NCBI GenBank assembly: GCA_038217285.1
Contig: JBBQPO010000092.1
Span: 1 to 19,889 of the forward strand
DNA from: Chthonomonadales bacterium
GTDB lineage: Bacteria > Armatimonadota > Chthonomonadetes > Chthonomonadales > Chthonomonadaceae
Reading direction: 5' to 3'
DNA: 19,889 nucleotides
A program made the position numbers and the translations under genes. Shown one piece after another: positions 16,709 through 19,889 of the stretch (positions are counted from its first letter, which is position 1; the number at the start of each line of letters is the position of its first letter). The notes beneath the pieces were generated by a model. The model did not search any database. It was not told where the DNA came from and saw nothing but the letters and a program-made list of their open reading frames with translations.

Positions 16709-17772
16709 AGCTCTTGCCTCACTTCCTGCATGGCTGCCACCAGCCGCTGACACGCTTCCGGTACGCCTGGGCTCAGGCGCAGATACTCCAGCAGCCCAAA
16801 GGACGCGCAGTCTCGCACGACCATTCCGCGCTGCAACAGACGCGTGCGCCATTCCGAAGCCTGTCCGACTCGAACCAGAAAAAATCCCGATTCCCATGTC
16901 GCTACCTCGAAGCCTGCCTCACGGAGAAGGGCGTGCAGCAGGGCGGACGCCTCCTGCCGTAAGGCGAGCGTCCTTTCCAGCCATGCCTGATCCTGCACGG
17001 CTGCGATGCCGGCCGCCTGCGCCACTGCACTGACACTCCAGGGCGGAAGCTGCGTGCGAAGCTCCTCCAGCAGGCCAGGAGGCCCCACCAGATAGCCGAG
17101 ACGCACTCCTGCCAGCCCGTACGCTTTGGTCAGGCAGCAGAGCCGCAGCAACCGATCCGTGTGCCGAAGAACTGACGCCGCTTCCCTCTGCTCGCGTGCC
17201 ATGTACTCGCGATAAGCTTGATCTACCACCAGCAGCGCCTCTGTGCTCTCCTCTCCCCAATCCTGTATCTGTCCGACCGGGAAAGCTTGTCCGGTAGGAT
17301 TGTTCGGACTGCAGAGAAACACAAGCGCCGCCTCCCGCTGATTCGCAAAGCGCATCAGCTCAGGCAGGGCGAAATGAAGACGCGGTCCGCTGGGCGAGAA
17401 GCGCTCCAGTGTCATTCCTGCGGCGCACCCTGCGGCAGCATACTCTCCAAACGTCGGTTCGGGCGTAATGAGGACGCTCGGGGCAGGTTCCTTTTGCCGC
17501 TGGACCCACCGACACAACGCCCAGATCAGCTCCGAGGAGCCGTTGCCGCACAGGATCTCTTCCGGTGAAACTCCCTCATGCGCTGCCAGCGCCGAGCGCA
17601 GATCCCGGCAGGCCGGATCCGGATAGAGAGAGAGAGGCAGGTCCTGCAGAGTCTGTTTGACCCTCGGGGAGCATCCCCACGGATTGACATTGGAGCTGAA
17701 GTCGCAGGCATGCGTCCCCAGCCTCCGCAGCGCAGCAGCGTCGATTCCTCCGTGGACAGAGTCAGCGCTCAT
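16702..17772 (-). CDS. cobD: L-threonine-O-3-phosphate decarboxylase (Salmonella CobD / Pseudomonas CobC type; PLP class I/II)
   Basis: HGG, DFSSNVNPWG, YPDP, GNGSSELI, PTFGEY, CSPNNPTG, VVDQAY, LTKAYGLAGVRLGY, PPWSV, VVRDCASFGL; located between cbiB and cobQ. Confidence 0.85.
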   Translation of the reverse strand: MSADSVHGGIDAAALRRLGTHACDFSSNVNPWGCSPRVKQTLQDLPLSLYPDPACRDLRSALAAHEGVSPEEILCGNGSSELIWALCRWVQRQKEPAPSVLITPEPTFGEYAAAGCAAGMTLERFSPSGPRLHFALPELMRFANQREAALVFLCSPNNPTGQAFPVGQIQDWGEESTEALLVVDQAYREYMAREQREAASVLRHTDRLLRLCCLTKAYGLAGVRLGYLVGPPGLLEELRTQLPPWSVSAVAQAAGIAAVQDQAWLERTLALRQEASALLHALLREAGFEVATWESGFFLVRVGQASEWRTRLLQRGMVVRDCASFGLLEYLRLSPGVPEACQRLVAAMQEVRQELC

Positions 17773-18724
17773 CCGGGGTTCCTCTCACAACGCGAAACAG
17801 AATGATGCCTGCCGCGAGAGCCGCCGCGCCCAGGGTGGCGCCGCGCAGCAAACGGACGGCACCCCGAATATGCTCAGGGGTCGCCGCCTCTCCCAGGTCG
17901 TTGAGCCGATAGCAGCCCGGTTTTTCCAGGCAGACGCCCAGCGCCCCGGCGGCCGTCGCCATCGGCCAGCCGGCGTTGGGGCTCTCCGTGTGCGTATGGT
18001 CGCGCCACGCCTGCGGATGCACCGGCCGCACCTGTGCGCGGAACAGCCCGGCGGTAACGCGCGCCGGAACGAGGTTGACCAGGTCGTCCAGACGCGCTGC
18101 GGCCTTGCCGGAGTACTCGTACTCGCCATGATAGCCGATCCTCGCGTCCAGGGTGTTCAGCGCCCGGTAGACGGCAGCCCCCGGCAGGCCGAACAGGCCG
18201 AAGGCAAGCAGCGGCGCGACCACGCTATCAGAGGTGTTTTCCGCCACCGACTCGACGGCCGCAGCGGCTATCTCCGTTTCCGAAAGGTGCGTTCGATCAC
18301 GGCTCACGAGCCACTCCAGATCCTCTCGCGCCGCTTCGGTCTCTCCGCCTTCCAGATGGTCGCCGCACCGCTGAGCCGCGCGGGCCAGCCCCTGCGAGGA
18401 GAACATCGTCTTCAGCGCGCCGCCAAGCAAGAGGATAGTGAGCGGCGTGGGAAGATGGCGCGCATGGCGGGTCACGAGGCGCGCACCGATGTAGGCGCAG
18501 GAGACGACAGTACCGGTGGTGGCGCAGCCCCAGATCCAGGACCACACCGGATCCCGGCGCGGCCGTACCCGTTCCAAATGCGTGATCAGGCTGCCCATCC
18601 AGACAACCGGATGCCACGCGGCCAGCGGCTCGCCGACGCCGAGATCGAGCGCCAGCGCGGTCAACAGGATCGCGATCTCCTGGCTAGCCCGCCCAGACCC
18701 GGAACTTGGGGATGCTTTTGCCAC
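17762..18724 (-). CDS. cbiB: Adenosylcobinamide-phosphate synthase (CbiB / CobD_Cbib family)
   Basis: LDL.VGEP...HPVVWMG, LVSRD, AAVESVAENTSDSVVAPL, YRALNTLDARIGY, AARLDDLVNLVPAR, SPNAGWP; strong purine-rich RBS before GTG. Confidence 0.96.
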   Translation of the reverse strand: MAKASPSSGSGRASQEIAILLTALALDLGVGEPLAAWHPVVWMGSLITHLERVRPRRDPVWSWIWGCATTGTVVSCAYIGARLVTRHARHLPTPLTILLLGGALKTMFSSQGLARAAQRCGDHLEGGETEAAREDLEWLVSRDRTHLSETEIAAAAVESVAENTSDSVVAPLLAFGLFGLPGAAVYRALNTLDARIGYHGEYEYSGKAAARLDDLVNLVPARVTAGLFRAQVRPVHPQAWRDHTHTESPNAGWPMATAAGALGVCLEKPGCYRLNDLGEAATPEHIRGAVRLLRGATLGAAALAAGIILFRVVRGTPDER

Positions 18725-18764
18725 CGTCTCTCTCCTCTCCCTTCCCGCGCCGAAGCGCCAGGGT

Positions 18765-19622
18765 CTACTTGGTCAGGCTAAAGAGCTCGTTGGTCGTCAG
18801 GTCGCCGTCTTCGTCCAAATCACCGATCTGCTGCGCGCGGAAGTCGCTCGCATTGTACTTTTTCTGGTAGCCGAACTTGCCCGTGCGATAGACTGCGGTG
18901 TGCGCTTTGACGTGGCCGTCCAGCCAGAGCGCGTTGCCTACGCCGTTGTGCCGGACGTGAAAGGTCGGGTAGTTGTCCGTCGGCGTCTGAAGATAGGTGT
19001 TGCCTTCCACCACGGGCGCGCCGCCGGTCATGACGATGTGCGCCGAGTCGGCCATCTCTACGGTCCGCGCCGGCTCCTGGATCTCGGCGAGCGAAGCGCC
19101 CGTCACCACGTAGTTGGCATTGCTGTCCTTCACATATCCGCCGCCCGCCGTTCGCGCATAGGGCGAAAGGTAGTCCGCGTTGTAGGCGTAACCCGTCGAT
19201 CCATATTTCACCTGCGCCGTGTTGCGGAAGGAGGGGCAGGCCTGGATCTGGCTGTTCTTCATGTAGGGCTGGAGCAGGCCGAGCGTGCCGTCGTATTTCG
19301 CGCCGTCCCAGTAGGCCCACCAGTAGACATAAGCGCCAGCCTTCGGCCCGCCGCTGGCGACGGGCATCACATGCTCATCGTAGTCCTGGATATACATCTG
19401 CGATCCCATGCCGATCTGCCGCAGGTTGGACTGGCAGGTCGCCTGCCGCGCCTTCTCCCGCGCCTGTGCAAAGACAGGGAAGAGAATCGCCGCCAGGATC
19501 GCGATGATGGCAATGACGACGAGTAACTCGATCAGAGTGAAGCCAGCCGCACGAGAGCAGGCCGGAGAGGTGGGAGCGAACGAAGTTTCCGACTTTGATC
19601 GCAGGCGGGTAGGTTTGCACAT
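18765..19622 (-). CDS. Prepilin-type N-terminal cleavage/methylation protein with DUF1559 and H-X9-DG C-terminal motif
   Basis: [83 protein letters not shown]. Confidence 0.95.
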   Translation of the reverse strand: MCKPTRLRSKSETSFAPTSPACSRAAGFTLIELLVVIAIIAILAAILFPVFAQAREKARQATCQSNLRQIGMGSQMYIQDYDEHVMPVASGGPKAGAYVYWWAYWDGAKYDGTLGLLQPYMKNSQIQACPSFRNTAQVKYGSTGYAYNADYLSPYARTAGGGYVKDSNANYVVTGASLAEIQEPARTVEMADSAHIVMTGGAPVVEGNTYLQTPTDNYPTFHVRHNGVGNALWLDGHVKAHTAVYRTGKFGYQKKYNASDFRAQQIGDLDEDGDLTTNELFSLTK

Positions 19623-19646
19623 AGGTTAAGGTCCTTTTCTTTTTTG

Positions 19647-19889
19647 CTAGCACGGCTGGAACCGTTCAGGATGCACCAGCCGAGCAAGATATTCCAGCCC
19701 ATCGATGAGGCGAGGCGACGGCCTGCAAAAGAGGCCCTCCTCCAGCACAAAAACACGCTGGTTCTGCACGGCCGGAATCGACTCCCACCCTGGGCGGCGG
19801 AGCACGAGTTCCGGCCGCACCTTCTGCGCGGCCACGCCCGTCCAGACCAGAAAGATATAGTCCGGCTGTGCGGCAGCCACCTCTTCCAG
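19647..19889 (-). CDS. btuF: C-terminal part of a cobalamin-binding periplasmic protein (BtuF-like, Peripla_BP_2); 5' end outside the window
   Basis: Open to the window edge: LEEVAAAQPDYIFL...RPGWESIPAVQNQRVF...RPSPRLIDGLEYLARLVHPE; directly upstream of cob genes. Confidence 0.75.
   Translation of the reverse strand: MEEVAAAQPDYIFLVWTGVAAQKVRPELVLRRPGWESIPAVQNQRVFVLEEGLFCRPSPRLIDGLEYLARLVHPERFQPC

Noticed and set aside
8613-16897. Track starts at 8613, 12556 and 16897
   Set aside because: They fall inside the IS end or upstream genes; 8658/8682, 12691 and 16708 fit signal peptides, overlaps and family N-termini.
225-19649. Complete reassignment of TAG to a sense codon
   Set aside because: TAG terminates 8 of 15 genes at family-typical C-termini, overlaps the cobQ start (ATGCTAG), and read-through of the SBP or prepilin stops would create long overlaps with neighbouring genes.
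18725-19660. Cobalamin riboswitch within the cob operon
   Set aside because: Intergenic gaps are only 24-40 bp and no B12-box was seen; any riboswitch would lie upstream, outside the window.

Overview
GC-rich bacterial chromosomal window, probably Armatimonadota (inferred from the '[33 protein letters not shown]' prepilin-type protein). Left to right: (1) a minus-strand sugar locus with an RbsC-like permease, an RbsB-like lipoprotein and a ~958-codon secreted DUF2961/GH172-like hydrolase that is interrupted by one in-frame TAG and flanked by two inverted composite GTAG-REP-like palindromic repeats; (2) a PAPS-dependent sulfotransferase and a GNAT acetyltransferase; (3) a complete 1215-bp IS1-family element (7424-8638, ~29-bp IRs, 8-bp TSD GGCAGGTG) whose transposase has an in-frame TAG; (4) an operon of unknown function encoding a DUF1592-type dihaem protein, a DUF1552 protein and an internally duplicated secreted protein; (5) a minus-strand cobamide salvage/late-synthesis operon (btuF-like, a DUF1559/H-X9-DG prepilin-like gene, cbiB, Thr-P decarboxylase, cobQ, a thioredoxin-like 2Fe-2S ferredoxin with a Cys-to-His ligand change) that ends in a collapsed bluB remnant, which the ORF track shows only as fragments in two frames. 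Most notable: a pilin-like gene embedded in the B12 operon, three premature amber codons in three unrelated genes, the deleted bluB, and the structured repeat family. All family calls come from motif recognition by eye; no database searches were run.
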